Assembly (NCBI RefSeq): GCF_000485595.1
Contig: NW_014577080.1
Coordinates: 467,423-531,422 of the forward strand
Length of the DNA: 64,000 nucleotides
From: Priapulus caudatus
Taxonomy: Eukaryota
Direction of reading: 5' to 3'
Shown: positions 14,300 to 29,316 of the stretch, one piece after another
Position numbering within the stretch: position 1 is the first letter of the stretch
Layout: every line of letters begins with the position of its first letter
Made by a program: the position numbers and the translations under genes
Notes under the pieces: model-generated
Told to the model about the DNA's origin: nothing
Seen by the model: the letters and a program-made list of their open reading frames with translations, nothing else
Database searches by the model: none

Positions 14300-16853
14300 C
14301 CGAAGGTCTCCAACCCCAGCTCTTCGGGCGTACTTAACCGAACAGCTGCGCGTGACCGCGCGTGCTTGGCCCCATGCGTGGTTTCGTGACCAATGCCGAC
14401 GGTGTTCTCGCGTTATTTGCATTCTCTCGTTTAATTAAATCGCTTCGGAGTAGCACGCTCGCTCTTGCCGCCTGCTGTCGAAACCACCTCCCTGCGTTCT
14501 CATCGCCTTACCGCGCCTCCATAGACGGGTTCCAGACGTCTCCAGCTGCAGGTCGTGGTTGATTATCAACGACTCGCGGAGGACGTCTATAGCGTCTACC
14601 TTCAATAATTGCGCGAACACTGATTATTTCTATTTAAACTACATCGTGATATTAGCAGTAATTCCTCACATTCTATTCAATATCACTTACAGTCGTATTG
14701 CGATTTCGTGCAAGTCTAGACTCGTAGAATAGTAAGTTATTGACCGCGTGATGAGCTAGAGGCAGTGAGGTGCAGGCAAAACTAATCATTACTGAAATGT
14801 CGGTAAGCGGTCAGAGGGGGGCTTGTGTGCGGATGTGACCTTATAATAAGTCGGGTTTATACCTGCAATGGATGCAGTTGAAAGTAACGCAGTACAAGTT
14901 AAAATGAAGCACGCAACATTGTGAGCTTTAAGTTCTAACGACGGCGGGGTTATGGTAATGTTGAATATGGAATGCATCAATTTCCACGATCGAAGGACTT
15001 CGTACGAGTAAGTGTGTGGCTATGGTACACCCGACAAATATATACGGAATGCACTTAGAATTTTAAACTGATTCACGTAGTGGTAACGTGGGAGATTATG
15101 GGTTATCACAGAATTTTCTCGAGAGGAACCGAATCCATAGCCTTGTTACAAATATCAACTAAATAACTTCTACGCAAGAGAGCATGTCATAGAAACGTCT
15201 GACCGTGAACAGCGTGTTCCATTCCTAAATGCACAGATGTCGCTTCTGAATGCACTGATGTTATGATAGTCGTTCTAGCTCCTACTGCGCCACGTGTACA
15301 TTCATCGACCTTTACTTTGACGCAAAACTAGAACGAATTCGAACAGGATGGGAGAAATCTACAGATAGGTGTTCTTGCTTCTCTCGGTTGTAAGTCTGTA
15401 GCGCTGCTTTTTTGACTTACTGCTTAGTGTGGAGTTGCCGACTAAGCTACGAGGCATTAAGCGGGGGTTAAAGCGGGCACGCCAGTTTGTTGCCGCACTT
15501 TTCACGGCGCGCTGCAAATTACACGCGCTCTCGGCTCCTCCATAAATTATGTACGCGCGCGTTTCGCTGAAATGTTACACGTAAAATCAAGTGTTTTTCT
15601 CACCGCGCTGGATCCGCGCGCTCAGACTATACGCACGTAATATCGACGTACGCGCGTGGATGCGATCTGAAATATTAAAGTATTAAGTTTTACGCGTGAA
15701 AAAGCACAAATGCTTTGTCCCGCCGCAAATGTGTTCTATCCGCTCGTCGGTGCGGCATTTCTCTTCGAATCATGAACGTCACAGACGCGGGCGCGCGCGC
15801 TTTCAATCTACGACCAACGCAGAGCGGGACTTAGAGATTGAAACTAGTTAATAAGCGTGTATGCATGCGACTCGTTGAAGATGGCGAAATACGAAAAGCG
15901 TGCTTTCTCAGAACGATCGAATGTTTAAGTTGATTCTTTGCTGTCTTCTGGAGCCGGTAATCCACCGCACGAGGTTGAGACAGTGATGATAACGCGTTTA
16001 TTAGCTGCGGTGCGCGTTAGCTCGTCAAAGCGTGACTTATATATGTTCGATTACACATAGACGACCGACCAATCCAACTACTATAGACGTCGACCGGTGT
16101 TTAATGCGAGCAATAGATTCTAAAACGCGGCTAGATGTATTCAAACGTAGTACTCTACGGAAAATATTTCACTTTCTGCGCATTTAAAAATTGACAGTTT
16201 GGCGAAAAGCTAAGAAAAACTCCTTTCAAGCGAAAATTAATGCACACCAATAAACCACATAGAGACAACTGATAACATTCAACGCATGCCGACACGTTAT
16301 ATATCAGTCTTTCATATTTAAATTTCGACGTATCTTGCATAATGAATTTCTAGTCAATTATCATACAAATCTTCCTCGTATATCATGTATATTCCTCGTA
16401 TAGTTGCGGCCATTCGCAGCCCGTTACGTCCCAGATACAGAACGCGAGATCACAAGCCACGGGCTCGATTGCGTCTTCTAGATGATAAGAACAAACTAAG
16501 TGACGTGCGATACTAAAATCACATTATATGAACGGGAAACGATACGCCAACTAATTGGACGATTATCTCTGTTGCCGTGAAGCGCAAACGCGGTGCGCGT
16601 CCGCGAGGTGGCGCTACACGTATTTCTGCCATTTTGGATTTTTCGCTGCGAACGACATGCTTGTTTCCTATGCTCGCGCGTGAGGAGAAGATCAGGTCTG
16701 CGTGGCGACGACACCCCGTGCTTATTCATTCCTCACGGCTAGGCTGAGAGCATCGACGGCTCACTCCGCCCTGCCGCCCGCATTAAAATTCACCCGCTTT
16801 CTCACGTTCACTCGCGGCCGCGAATTGTGCGAATTGCGTGCGTAGATTTATTC

Positions 16854-16900
<47 letters not shown>

Positions 16901-17254
16901 GCTCGCTTTCCTTTTCCCTCATTCTCGCTCACTGTCTCTCTCGCACACACACTCTCTCTCGCACTCTGCATCTCTCTCTCTCTCTCTTGGAAAGCAATAT
17001 GTACTGTAAATATAGTGTATGGCTGACTTGATGACCGCAAGGTTCTTTCGCCATACCCGTGCTTTATATTCACAAAGTTATAATTGCTTAATTTTCCCAC
17101 TGTTTGATTATCCTCGTTTAGCACAAATAAAAATCTTGAAAAATCACTCGCTCGATCACTCACTTCCTTACTCACGTACTCACACTCACTCATTCACTCT
17201 CGCTCTCTCTCACACACACTCTCTGGATCGCTCTCCCTCTTTCTCTCACCTCTT

Positions 17255-17303
<49 letters not shown>

Positions 17304-17931
17304 CTCGCTCTCTCTCTCTCGCTTTCTCACTCGGGTTTGGTAATCTGGTCAAAATGGTGAAAGAGTCTGTTCGCACTTCATCGTGTTGCCATCGGCGTGA
17401 TCCACGATGCATGACGCCGTCGTACATAACTGCGAGTGAAGCGGCAGAGGCTGGCGTAGGGGGGGGGGGGGCGGCAAATCATTCACTGCACCGTCGCCTG
17501 AGAGGATAGGCTCCTACACTGCTATTTCTTTAAACCGCTAACGCGACATTCTAGCAGACGAATTCTAAGCGCCCAACGCTCGCGTGTCGGGGTGTATACA
17601 CGGCAACCGTGCTATCGGGGAAACTGTATGTAGGATGTTGTTCGGGCGCTGAATGAATGCAGTTTCACGTGATGCGCACGTCTGCGTCAGCCGCTGCTAG
17701 TCAAACCGGTGAAAACCACTCGTGAAAACGCAGTTGCAATCATTATACGCTCGCTCGTGGCAGGCCTCTGGCTGAATCGAGTAATTCCATTGCGTTGTAA
17801 TTAAGCAGAATCAAATTCTATCATTGATTTCTATACTTGCGTATATAACAGAACGATTTGGTTAGCTAAGCAAACACTTAGCGTCCATCATTACGCGTCA
17901 TTACACGACCAATAATATGTTTTCGCTGCTA

Positions 17932-17976
<45 letters not shown>

Positions 17977-18140
17977 CGCTCATTTTGTCGGCAGCAGCCG
18001 ATACCCGGTCGATCCATACGTCTCTAGATGTAGGTATTCGGCACGCGTGTGCGCACCTCATCTGCCGTGGCTATATTGTAACGTGATAGTTGTGAGCGTG
18101 GCGGCGCCGCCTTTCACAATTGCTTCCATTTATCTTGCAG

Positions 18141-18256
18141 GGTCTGGACGGGAGAGGCATCCGCAGTTCACTGACCAAATCGATGACGTAATGGTCAAAG
18201 AAGGCGACTCGGCCATTTTTCACTGCCATGTTGCTCATCTTGGGGACAAGTTCAAG
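18141..18256 (+). CDS. Coding exon: N-terminal part of the Ig (V-like) domain of a lachesin/DIP/IgLON-like cell-adhesion protein
   Basis: Acceptor TTTATCTTGCAG (AG 18139-18140) and donor AAG|GTAAAT (GT 18257-18258), phase 1 to phase 0. Encodes (G)SGRERHPQFTDQIDDVMVKEGDSAIFHCHVAHLGDKFK, matching the PxF...VxVxxGxxAxFxCxVxxLGxY/FK motif of lachesin/DIP domain 1. Confidence 0.88.
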
Positions 18257-19376
18257 GTAAATGACACGAAATCGTTACGCACGTCTGCACTAATAACGTA
18301 TTCTGGCATCAAAAACACAATGTAAATGTGATGTGAGCACAAGAAGCGTAGACGTATTTTCAGAGCGGCCATTTTGGATATCTCGTTGATACGCCCAAGC
18401 AGAGTTGTGTATTAACATCCTGAATAAATGAGACTGCAGAACACATCAGTTTATCACAGCCACTCGGTAATTCATTCATATTACTAACGTAAGTGGAATT
18501 TTTGTTAGACATATAATTGGGCTTTTAATTGGATTTTTCTCTCACGAGCACTGGTTCTATAGTGTTATAACTATACAGTTAACCATTCAAACGAAACAAG
18601 TTATTTAGTCTAGTGCAACGCGCATTTCACTGCATCAGAAAAGGGATATAAAAAACTCCAAAGGGGCATAATATCCAATTACGAATTCATCTTGTGCTTC
18701 GTTGTAAGGAGAACGTGTATATATTGACTAGTGTGTGCGCACGGCATGGACACCATTTAACCATTGTAGCCTATGATTATTCTATCCGTGGAATGACTAG
18801 CAAATACTTATCGCTTCCCTGCCAATGTGTGCAGTCGCACACACTCACGGCCACACACGCGCACGCGCACGCCCACACACACATATAAACGCACATATAC
18901 ACACACGCACATACACACACGCACACATACACACACACGCGCATACATACACACACACACACGCGCGCACACACACGCACACTCACACACGCACGCACAC
19001 GCTACCTTAGTGTAATCGTGTGCACGCGCGCGTTCGTGCGTGCGTGCTGGAGATCAAGCGCGCTGTCATATGATAGATGGTACAAATACTCATGCAGTGA
19101 CTGTATGTAACGCTAAACTAACTGTTGAAAAAGAATCGCACATTGACATTTTTGCGAACACAGAGAGAGACATACACATACGCACGCACACTCACAGACA
19201 CGCACACACACATACACGCAATCTCACACGCAAACAAACACGCGCGCACACACACGCACACGCACACACATACACGCAATCTCACACGCAAACAAACACG
19301 CGCGCACACACACGCACACGCACACACATACACGCAATTTCACACGCGCACGCACACACATGCACACGCACAGACA

Positions 19377-19430
<54 letters not shown>

Positions 19431-19647
19431 NNNNNNNNNNNNNNNNNNNNNNNNNNNNNNNNNNNNNNNNNNNNNNNNNNNNNNNNNNNNNNNNNNNNNN
19501 NNNNNNNNNNNNNNNNNNNNNNNNNNNNNNNNNNNNNNNNNNNNNNNNNNNNNNNNNNNNNNNNNNNNNNNNNNNNNNNNNNNNNNNNNNNNNNNNNNNN
19601 NNNNNNNNNNNNNNNNNNNNNNNNNNNNNNNNNNNNNNNNNNNNNNN
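19431..19647. other. Assembly gap (further gaps at 21866-22113 and 23539-23552)
   Basis: Runs of N adjoining microsatellites. Confidence 1.
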
Positions 19648-19675
19648 GACGACGACAACGATGACGATGACAACG

Positions 19676-19706
<31 letters not shown>

Positions 19707-19949
19707 AGATGACGACGACGACGAAGACGGCGGCGACGACGACAGCGACGATGACGACGACGGCGACGACGACGACGACGATGACGACGACAACAACGAT
19801 GACGACGGCGGCGGCGATGACGACGACGACGAAGACGGCGGCGACGACGACAGCGACGATGACGACGACGGCGACGACGACGACGACGATGACGACGACG
19901 ACGGCGGCGGCGGCAATGACAACGACGACGATGACGACAACGGCGGTGA

Positions 19950-19985
<36 letters not shown>

Positions 19986-20018
19986 AGACGACGATGACGA
20001 CGATGACGACGAGGACGA

Positions 20019-20059
<41 letters not shown>

Positions 20060-20060
20060 T
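19648..20060. repeat. (GAC)n compound trinucleotide repeat with an internal ~105-110 bp duplication
   Basis: GAC/GAT/GGC runs. The block ...GAAGACGGCGGCGACGACGACAGCGACGATG... occurs twice (~19720 and ~19830). Confidence 0.9.
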
Positions 20061-21261
20061 AAAGTGTGATGATGACGACACTAGGTAGCATCCGTATGAA
20101 AGCGTTATCTCTCTGCCTATATAAACATATTAGTTTGTCATTGCGGTGTTGTGCCATACACATAATTTGTGATCAATGCGTAGGATCTATACTACATGTA
20201 GACGCTAGCCACCCCCCCCCCCCTTAATTCTGTTTACCAAACGGAGCAACATGAGTGTACAGAGTAACAGCGAATTAACCCACTAATAATATGAGTATAG
20301 TGATTGTATCGGGGGACAAGGTTCGGCATACTCGTTCACCCAACTCACGTCACCTTCACGGCTTGACCACCAAGGTCGCATTATTCGCAGTGAGGCTACC
20401 TCTGCTATTTCAATTAGTCCTGTCGGTTCATCTCTATTTGCGACGAATAATTATAGGTGGTAGCATTCTGCTGGCGTTCAGTTATGGCTTAGCTCGCGTA
20501 TAGACACTACAAAGGAGTCCGCATATTCTGGCCGTTGTAATTTCGCGTTACGCTGAACTCTATTTCATCTTCTATACATGCGTATGTTCAGTGTAGGATG
20601 AAATCATGTCCCTGCACGATAATCATGTCTGGTCGAGACCTGAAATGACACATGGTAGACTGAAACGTTAATCCTTTCATATCTCAAAGCACTCCATCCT
20701 GTGCCAATTTATTAAATTGCCCCGCTGAATTTTTCTAAAGGACCGCTGATGCTTACAGGAGTTTTCTACATACATAACGTTATATTAGCCTTCAGAATTT
20801 CTTGAAAAGACATCCTCAAGATGTCGATGAAAGAGAATGTTCTAAAAACTGACTTGAAGGAGAGGCCTATCTATATATAGCTCGATTCTACGTCGTATAA
20901 CACGACAACGCGTCCACTGCACAGACATGGAATAAGAAAAACAGCCAGTAGTCACTACCTTTCCCAATTCAACCTTCCCTTACGGATCACTGGGTTTTTT
21001 TACTTTTTTATGCGGTGGTTTTTTATATCTCATTTTTCTCTAGCAGCATTCTAGCGATATATATAGGTACCTGGAGTGATTGCGGGAATAAACTGGAAAT
21101 ACTGTGTAGGTCTGCTGGTATAGATAGACCACATTGTAACTGTCATCTTATGAGCGTGAAGCTGTGTGAAAAGCGTTTCGCATCTCTTAGTATTGATAAC
21201 AAAATAGCAGAGAGTTTTTATCACTGAGGAATAGATAGAATATGAACAAAATAGCGAAACG

Positions 21262-21430
21262 TTATCAGACGTTGTACAGTAAAGACTTATCAGACGTTGT
21301 ACAGTAAAGACTTATCAGACGTTGTACAGTAAAGACTTATCAGACATTATACAGTAAAGACTTATCAGACATTGTACAGTAAAGACTTATCAGACGTTGT
21401 ACAGTAAAGACTTATCAGACGTTGTACAGT
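21262..21430. repeat. 25-bp minisatellite, ~6.8 copies (TTATCAGACGTTGTACAGTAAAGAC)
   Basis: Units start at 21262, 21287, 21312, 21337, 21362, 21387 and 21412. They are contiguous, with no spacers. Confidence 0.95.
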
Positions 21431-22113
21431 TAAAAACTATAGAAATAGTTACAAACGCGGCCACTCAATACAAGCTCATCTGTGTGAGCGTGCGTGAAGG
21501 GATGCGAATGAATGCACGCACGTCCGCGCACGCACGCGCGCACACTTAGACATACACCAATGCATACGTAAATTGAAACGTTGCGCAATCTCTGTTAACT
21601 AGAGAGCTAATCGAACTAGTGTACTTGAAGTTATGCCTCGTACCGTATGTGCCGAGGCATGCAACAACACACATGCAACAATGTGGTGCGCTGTAGAAAT
21701 TAAACATGCGATCATTGATGCGATGCGAATCCTCAATTAGGAAAGACAAAAGGATCTCATCTGTGAACACAAAAAAACTTTCACAAATCTGTCCGTTCAC
21801 GTCCTTAAAAAATGGACGCGTGTTTAATTTTACAGTCGTTTACTGAGCTAACTCGTTTTATTATTNNNNNNNNNNNNNNNNNNNNNNNNNNNNNNNNNNN
21901 NNNNNNNNNNNNNNNNNNNNNNNNNNNNNNNNNNNNNNNNNNNNNNNNNNNNNNNNNNNNNNNNNNNNNNNNNNNNNNNNNNNNNNNNNNNNNNNNNNNN
22001 NNNNNNNNNNNNNNNNNNNNNNNNNNNNNNNNNNNNNNNNNNNNNNNNNNNNNNNNNNNNNNNNNNNNNNNNNNNNNNNNNNNNNNNNNNNNNNNNNNNN
22101 NNNNNNNNNNNNN

Positions 22114-22173
<60 letters not shown>

Positions 22174-23481
22174 CATTAGACCATATTTGGTTTTATATTT
22201 GAATGCGATTTTGCGGTTTTTGATGCGGCTAGATTTTCTAAATATAATTTAGAAACGCCATCAAATATTGATTACGTTTTTTATGCGTGTATGTCAATAA
22301 TAGGCACGCGTTCATGTTCTCTAATAAACGGCCTGTATTATAATTGTTTGCAATTAGTAATACTGTTGTAAAATTGGTACCGGGTAAATTATTCGGCTAC
22401 TTCTTAACTAGAATTTACCTTGTCTGATAAAAATATCTTATCTATGCATGGAAGAGCACTATCATCGTTATTCACTCCTCGTTTTGGCACAGTGGAGCCG
22501 GTCAACACGTTCACTGTGAGTAGGGGGATTATTTTTAACCGTCTTTAGTCCTTGTATGCTCACCCATTTAACATTATTTCGTATCTGACTACTCGTCTAA
22601 CGTCGAAAAGTTCACGTAGATAGCATTGATAATTTACAGTTACTTTTTGCACGCAACGGAGCTCTTCATTTTTACGCATGCAAACATGCAACAAGCGGCG
22701 CCATATTGATTCCTGAGATTGCCTGAATGAGATCGAACGGAGACATTCATAGTACAAGGGGATCCGACGCCAGGCATTCACTGCCTCTCCGGCTCGTGTT
22801 ACTGGCTTGAAGGGGCATCGGCCTTGTCGGCCTCTAGTAGAGTGATAAATGGCTTCACGCCTCGCCAGGCCGCCAGCTCGTCGATGTCGCAGCACGCAGT
22901 GTCTCCGCCGAATGTTATTCGCGAAGGAAAATAATGACGGAAGCTATCGCTAGGACAGATGGGATTGCTACGGCGTAGTCAGGCATGAAATATAAACTGA
23001 GCGCGGACGCCACCTGTAACGTGATGATCGGAGCGGCGCGAACGACGACGTCACTCTAAATTAGCAAGGAGCTTATTCGCCGACGTATTTCTTTTTCATC
23101 GCGTCTTGTCGTACCTGCTCATTAGGCTTCTCCGAGTGCTTGAGAGTGCGCAGTAATCGTCTTATTTCATCATTGCCGGCGTTTTTCCACGTAATCTGTC
23201 CGATAGCCGCTTTATCTCCGCGATCTCTTTCCCGTGTGACGGGAAGTTTCATCATTCTGTCGATCTCTGCCTGCGCTTCCATTTTTCGTATATACTGTGT
23301 CGCTAGCGGCTTTTCAGTGACTATGTCTGTCTCTTTTTTTATGTATCGTAGTCAGGTGGGAATTGCCTTCACGCTTTTGCAGCTGTGAAAATAAGGAAAA
23401 CGTGTAACGTATCTTGTTAACTTCGTATATGTAGTGCATTAGCGCCTTGAAAAGACATGCATTGCATGCAGGAAGCGCATT

Positions 23482-23536
<55 letters not shown>

Positions 23537-25040
23537 CGNNNNNNNNNNNNNNGCGTGCGTGCGTGCGTGCGTGTGCGTGTGTGTGCAAGAGAGAGAGAGA
23601 GAGAGAGATATAGAGCGAGGATGAGAGGAGAAAGAGAGAGAGCGCGAGAAAGCAGGAGTGAGAGCGCACTCGAACGCGCACTAATATTTGGCGACATTAA
23701 TTGCCGGCCGCGCGCTTTTTACGCTCTACCACGATGATAGTTTTCTCTCGTCTAATTAAATCTATCGGCTCGAATGCGTTTCGTGGCTAATAAAGACCGT
23801 AATTGTAATGTCTAGAGGTGGGAGGGGAAACAGACGCGAAATTGCGCAGACCTCTAATGATGGGCCACCGCTGCGTGAGTGAGGTGGCTGGCGTGTTTGC
23901 CACGCACATACTAAACGTCGGAGGTGTTTTCTCGTCAGTCTACGACACGAAAACCAAGCGCGCGCACACACGGAGCGCGCTTGATTATAGACGTCGCCCC
24001 GCCACCGCAATTCTGCCCTGATGATTAGTCGACGCACAAATTTAGGCGGCTGTTGCGCAGCGTGCGCTGAATTACCGACCGTGTACATTCGCGGCGGCGT
24101 GGGTGGGGCGGCGCGGGAGGTGTGGGCGGCGCGGGTGGTGTGGCGTAGGTGGTGGGGGTGTGATGGGGCGGGTGTTGGAAGTGGGACGGCGCGGGTGATG
24201 GGGGTGGGGCGGCGTAGGTGGGGCGGCGCGAGGTGGCACAGGTGGTGGGGGTCGGTCGGTCACTCTATCGGAGAGACCTCGCGTGATACATCGTGAGCGT
24301 TACTGCTCGCAGAACACGAACATTCTCGTTTGAAAGTTCAAACGGCGTTCGTTGATGGCGGCGGGCGGTGTCGCCGTAGTGCGAATGCGACCGATGTTTG
24401 CCGCGTGCTGAAATAGATCGCGTGTATAAGTAATAGCTGGTAATAGGAAATTCGGAGCGTGTTGTTAGGAGTGAAAGTCGATAACCGGATTCATCTATAA
24501 CTAGAATTGAATTTAGTCCAATGCAATCAGGCCGTCGAAGCTCTGATATGTGCCTCCTATTTGGGACTTTGGGAATCATGTTTGACGATTTTGATTTAAA
24601 TCTTTTAAACTCTTTTTGACGTAATCTAGGTAATGGTAGAACATTTTTATTTTGATTTATAAACTTATAAGATTTTGACTTGAAATTTGCTGTCTAGTGA
24701 AAGGTCACGATCTTTATAATATTCCTGTCAGCTGTACACACTTTATTTATTCGATAGTAGGTGAATATGTTATATGAACTTCATTCTTGTTTCCCATTAG
24801 TCAAGATTGGAATTCATTATATCACGCTTATCACGGTAACATCTATCTATTATAATTATATAGTTTATATATTAGCAGAATAGTTGCAACGATAACTATA
24901 ACAAGATCAGCATTGGGATAACGGCTCGAGAGCGTTTATCTTAACATAATTTAATCGGAAATTTCATTAATGAAACGCGCATTTTTACAACTTAATTTCT
25001 AATTAAAACATTTTAAAGATTTCAGATTAGTGTTTGATAC

Positions 25041-25331
25041 GCAGATAATCCTGGTAACTAACAATACATTTTCAACAATACAGTGTGTATTGTTGAACAC
25101 CTTCTAACATTACACTGTGTATTGTAGTAGGTACCTAACCACTGTGTATTTATATTCAATTTCATTTTCAATAAATTTAATAAAATCAATCAAATAATTT
25201 CAATAAATTCATTTAAATAAATGTCAATTTCAAGTTTACAAATCAAAAAGTAAGCTAATTAAAAAGAAAAAAGAAAGAAAGTGTATTGTTAGAAGGTGTT
25301 CAACAATAAACAGTGTATTGTTGAAAGCTCA

Positions 25332-25332
<1 letters not shown>
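25041..25332 (+). mobile_element. MITE family GCAGATAATCCTGGTAACTAACAATAC, truncated copy
   Basis: The left TIR at 25041 and internal AACAATACACAGTGTATTGTT palindromic repeats are present. The copy breaks off at the (GT)n at ~25333. Same family as 29317-29856 and 33410-33882. Confidence 0.7.
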
Positions 25333-25404
<72 letters not shown>

Positions 25405-26325
25405 TGAGTGTGTGTGTTTGTTTACGGCAAAAGAAACGAGCTAAGCTCGCGGTAAACAAAACAAAAATAACGAAATTTCATCAGCGTGTGTGAGAATGAA
25501 GTATTGTGCGATCTGTAAAACGCCCTGATGTGTACGATACGCCCTCACAACGCATTCAACGCGTAACGAAGTACTGGCCAGCATTGATATGCACGGTTCT
25601 ATAGTGTTTTAAATGCCTGCCTTTCGTATGTAATTGTAAGTAAAGCGTTGATGGGAAACCGGTTGGCATCGTCGGAAGCTTTCATGGCTCGGATTGAACC
25701 AATCATTGGTTGCCGATTGAACTTGGGAAACGATACCATTCAGCCTCTTCGTGACGATAGTTAAGATTGTTGGTGCTCTTTAATTGCAGCTGAAAGGTTC
25801 AGCGAGTGAAGATGCCCCCACGCCTTCGGAAACCCGTTAAACGGCAGGGTTAGGAATAGTTGTTAACTTGTCATTTACGCTGCATTCGGTCAGGAAGCGT
25901 TTTTGAAAGTCATCGCCTTTTTCATCTAAAGCAGCTGCATTTCCGTATCAAATGTCAAGTTTCAGATTTATATATAAACGAGTGCTGTTGTTGCCGCGTC
26001 GTGTTACAACCTATATACTGTTGTTGCTCTACGCGCTAGGTTCCGCTACTTTCCTGCAATCGGTTTCTCGCTAAGGGAATTGCCGGCTGCACGAAACCAG
26101 TTACAGTGATCGCTGTATAATAAGCCGATGAAAGGCTTGCATCACTCCCTTAGAACATTATATTGGCTTTGCCATCGTCTAGCTTAATACCGTCTTTTAA
26201 TACGCTACTAAATCTCATTAGATGGTGTTACCCCTCCACCGCCCACCGCCGTACCGTTAGTACTATCATTTTTCTCTTTTTTACCCAATCTATCTCTCCC
26301 TCTCTCTCTCTCTCGCGCTTTTTTT

Positions 26326-26356
<31 letters not shown>

Positions 26357-29316
26357 CTCTCTCTTTCTCTGTATATCTGTCTCTCTCTCTCCCCTCCTCT
26401 CTCCCCTCCTCTCCCCTCTCCTCTCTCCTTTCCTCCCCTCTCTCCTCTCCTCTCTCTCTCTCTCGCTCTCTCTCTCTCTCCCTTTATTATTTCGCCCTTG
26501 TCGTTGTACGTTTCTTTATATGTATTCATATGTATATTAAATTTTCTTAATAATATTCTTTTATTACGTTTCTTTGTTCATTCTCTCGGGCAGTCTCCCT
26601 GTCTTAGTTATAGTCTCTGTATGTGCGCGTGTGCGTGCGTGCATGCGTAAGTGTGTACGCATACCTAGTATTTTCCAACGGAATTGTTTGTTATGTGAGA
26701 TGTCTCTCTGTGAGTGTTATGTGGGCCGCATCTCACACCTAGAATGTTGGGAAAATGAAGTCGGCCAAACGACGTAACTGACCCCCATCATAATAGAATA
26801 AAGTTTCCTATTCAGCGTACTCGTATCATCTACGCGACTTCTTTCTTCACGCCGTAGAAACATTATACTCTCGTCATATTTAGTTCCAAATTGTGCGTCT
26901 TTTCTAAGAATATGCTGATCTTACGTCTCTGGTGTGTGCATGCAAGCCTATTTGCGTGCGTGGAGTGTCTATGTGTATGTGGGTCTCTCACTTTCCCTGC
27001 ATGTCTGTCTGTATGTCTGTCTGTGTGTGTGCATGTGTCTGTCTGTCTATCCGTCCGTCTGTCCGTCCGTCCGTCTGTCTGTATGTATGTATGCTTACAT
27101 TCTAGTGGCTCACTCACTCTCAGATTCATCTCTTGTTACTTTATTGGCTCCACTCTGTTTCAGATTTTTCTTCTTTCGTTCTGCTTTGTTTTCCTGCTCT
27201 CCTTCCTCGACCTTCTCACGGCGCCCCGCGGTCAGGCGTCCCGGACTTGACCGCCATCATTCACCGTGAATATCTAAGCGCGTGCGGAACGCACTTAGTG
27301 TTGCTTTTACTGTTCTGACAAGATGCTGTATAAATATGGTCACGCGCTTTTGCTAGCTCCGTCTGCCATTACGAAAATTGCGGGCGACTAGTCGAAACAC
27401 AGCTGCTGCGCTTCATCGATTCGCAGCGAAATTAATTTAATTGGAGTCTCTGTGAAAATTCCTTTTCCATAAAGCCACGCGTGCTTCCGTAAAAACAACA
27501 CTTCAAGCGATATAGAGTACTCGAAACAGTTAGGTTAGGTAGGTTGAACGCAGCGCTGTGCAGAGCGGGCGAGATTGTTTATCGCAGCTGCTAAAATCGA
27601 TTACGGAGTCTATTTGACAGGTGATTTGGCCCCTAAAATAATATGCAACCGCCCCGTCAACTCTCTGCGCGCGGTAATGCCACTTGTATATGTTAGAAAA
27701 TACCTATATACACATTCAGATTCTCAAATGCGTGACCTTTAAGATCTCGCGTTAAAATGTAAGCTATTTTCAGATATAATGAGAAAATTGTAACTGAAAA
27801 GGAACGATTTTTTTACAGGAAAAGGAGGAAGGAATGCAAACGCAATTTCGGACGTCGACCTTTTACACCGTACTGGTTTTTTAAATTTTAATTTGTTTTC
27901 AATATCTCACATGAGAATGCCTATAGTGATTACATCCGTGAGCTTAATATTTGTATTATCTAAGCTCCACTTATTACTCAACAACTCTACAATTACTCTA
28001 CAATTATGATAAAAGTGTTGCACATCATAATTACAATAAAACTCACATGTTTACTCACCTACTCCGCCTACCCTCATGCAGTAGCAAAGCAGAGCAAACC
28101 TAATTTGTCCTAATTACGCCACGAACATAATTCGAAATAAAGTTACGCCCGAATGTTACGCAACGTTGACGATCTTTCTGGTTAATTAGGTCAATCAGTT
28201 GTCACCGCTTGCGCGAGCCCGTATTACGCTTGCAACTCTTCACCTCTGCTGTCAGTTACGCACCATGCCGCATAGCGATAAGTGACATGCTGGTGTCGGG
28301 TCGGCAGCGTTCACGTAAACGCTTTGAAATTTCCCTAATTAGTCGCTCGTGGGCGTTTCACTCTGATTAGCTTTGTCGTGCGTCGCACGTGTAATTGTAG
28401 TTGCGCTTCTAGCGGCGTCATTAGAGCTTCTGTATGACGACGTGATGACTAAGTGCACGAGCAAAGATAAACGACTGCTCGCGGATGTCATAATAGAAAT
28501 AAATATTCCATTTGATATTACGAGTGCCTCATACGTCAAACGTATACAATGTCGATAGTTTACTATATGGGGCGTTAATATACTTTCATCCTTGCATCAG
28601 CGGTGACGCCATACTCACATATAAAAATGAGCACAGAATGTAGGTTTCGCCACCGTAGTTACGGTAAGAAACAGTTATCCCTCTTGCCCGATTATGGGGC
28701 TTTTATTGTTACACATGATTGATGCTTGCTGTAGGTACGAGCATACGTGGTTGAAAGCGCGTACGGAAAAGGGAAAAACGCAACTCTCTCGACAACGAAC
28801 TTTCAGCGATGGTTGCAACATATTTACTGATTTTGCATCCTATATATGATGTCTCTGCTGAGCACAAGTGCTTACGCAAGTTTGTATGCCACGCTTGCCG
28901 CCCCTCTTCGACATATCCGAATGCAAAAAATTGTTCATTTAAATCTCCATTTTAGCGACTTAGTTTTACATAAACGGTCGTGGACCGAGCACGTTCACTT
29001 GTCTCGTCGCTATCGGCGCGTGTAAAGACGCAGACGCCTCTCGCTCTTGAGATTTCCCGATCACCGATCACGATCCAGCGGATCATAGCAGGAGAGGTCC
29101 GCCTAGCTAGCTTACAACCATCGCGCACGCACCCCCTCCTATATATATATAGTATATAATATAGGTATAGTAGTGATATTATTAAAAACAGGATTTAGCA
29201 TAATGGTAGGTATTCCGTTAGGGATCTCCCTATATCTTACTCCTGATATATATAAGTATATATATAATAGGATATAGTATGGTGGGTGTGTGGTGGGGTG
29301 GTATAGTATATAGTAT

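Noticed and set aside
19040..20163. Poly-Thr/Asp/Ser/Val ORFs (mucin-like or acidic protein)
   Set aside because: They are (CA)n and (GAC)n repeats spanning an N gap, open in most frames, with no clear splice signals.
21262..21430. CRISPR-like array
   Set aside because: The repeats are contiguous with no unique spacers, and the context is eukaryotic.
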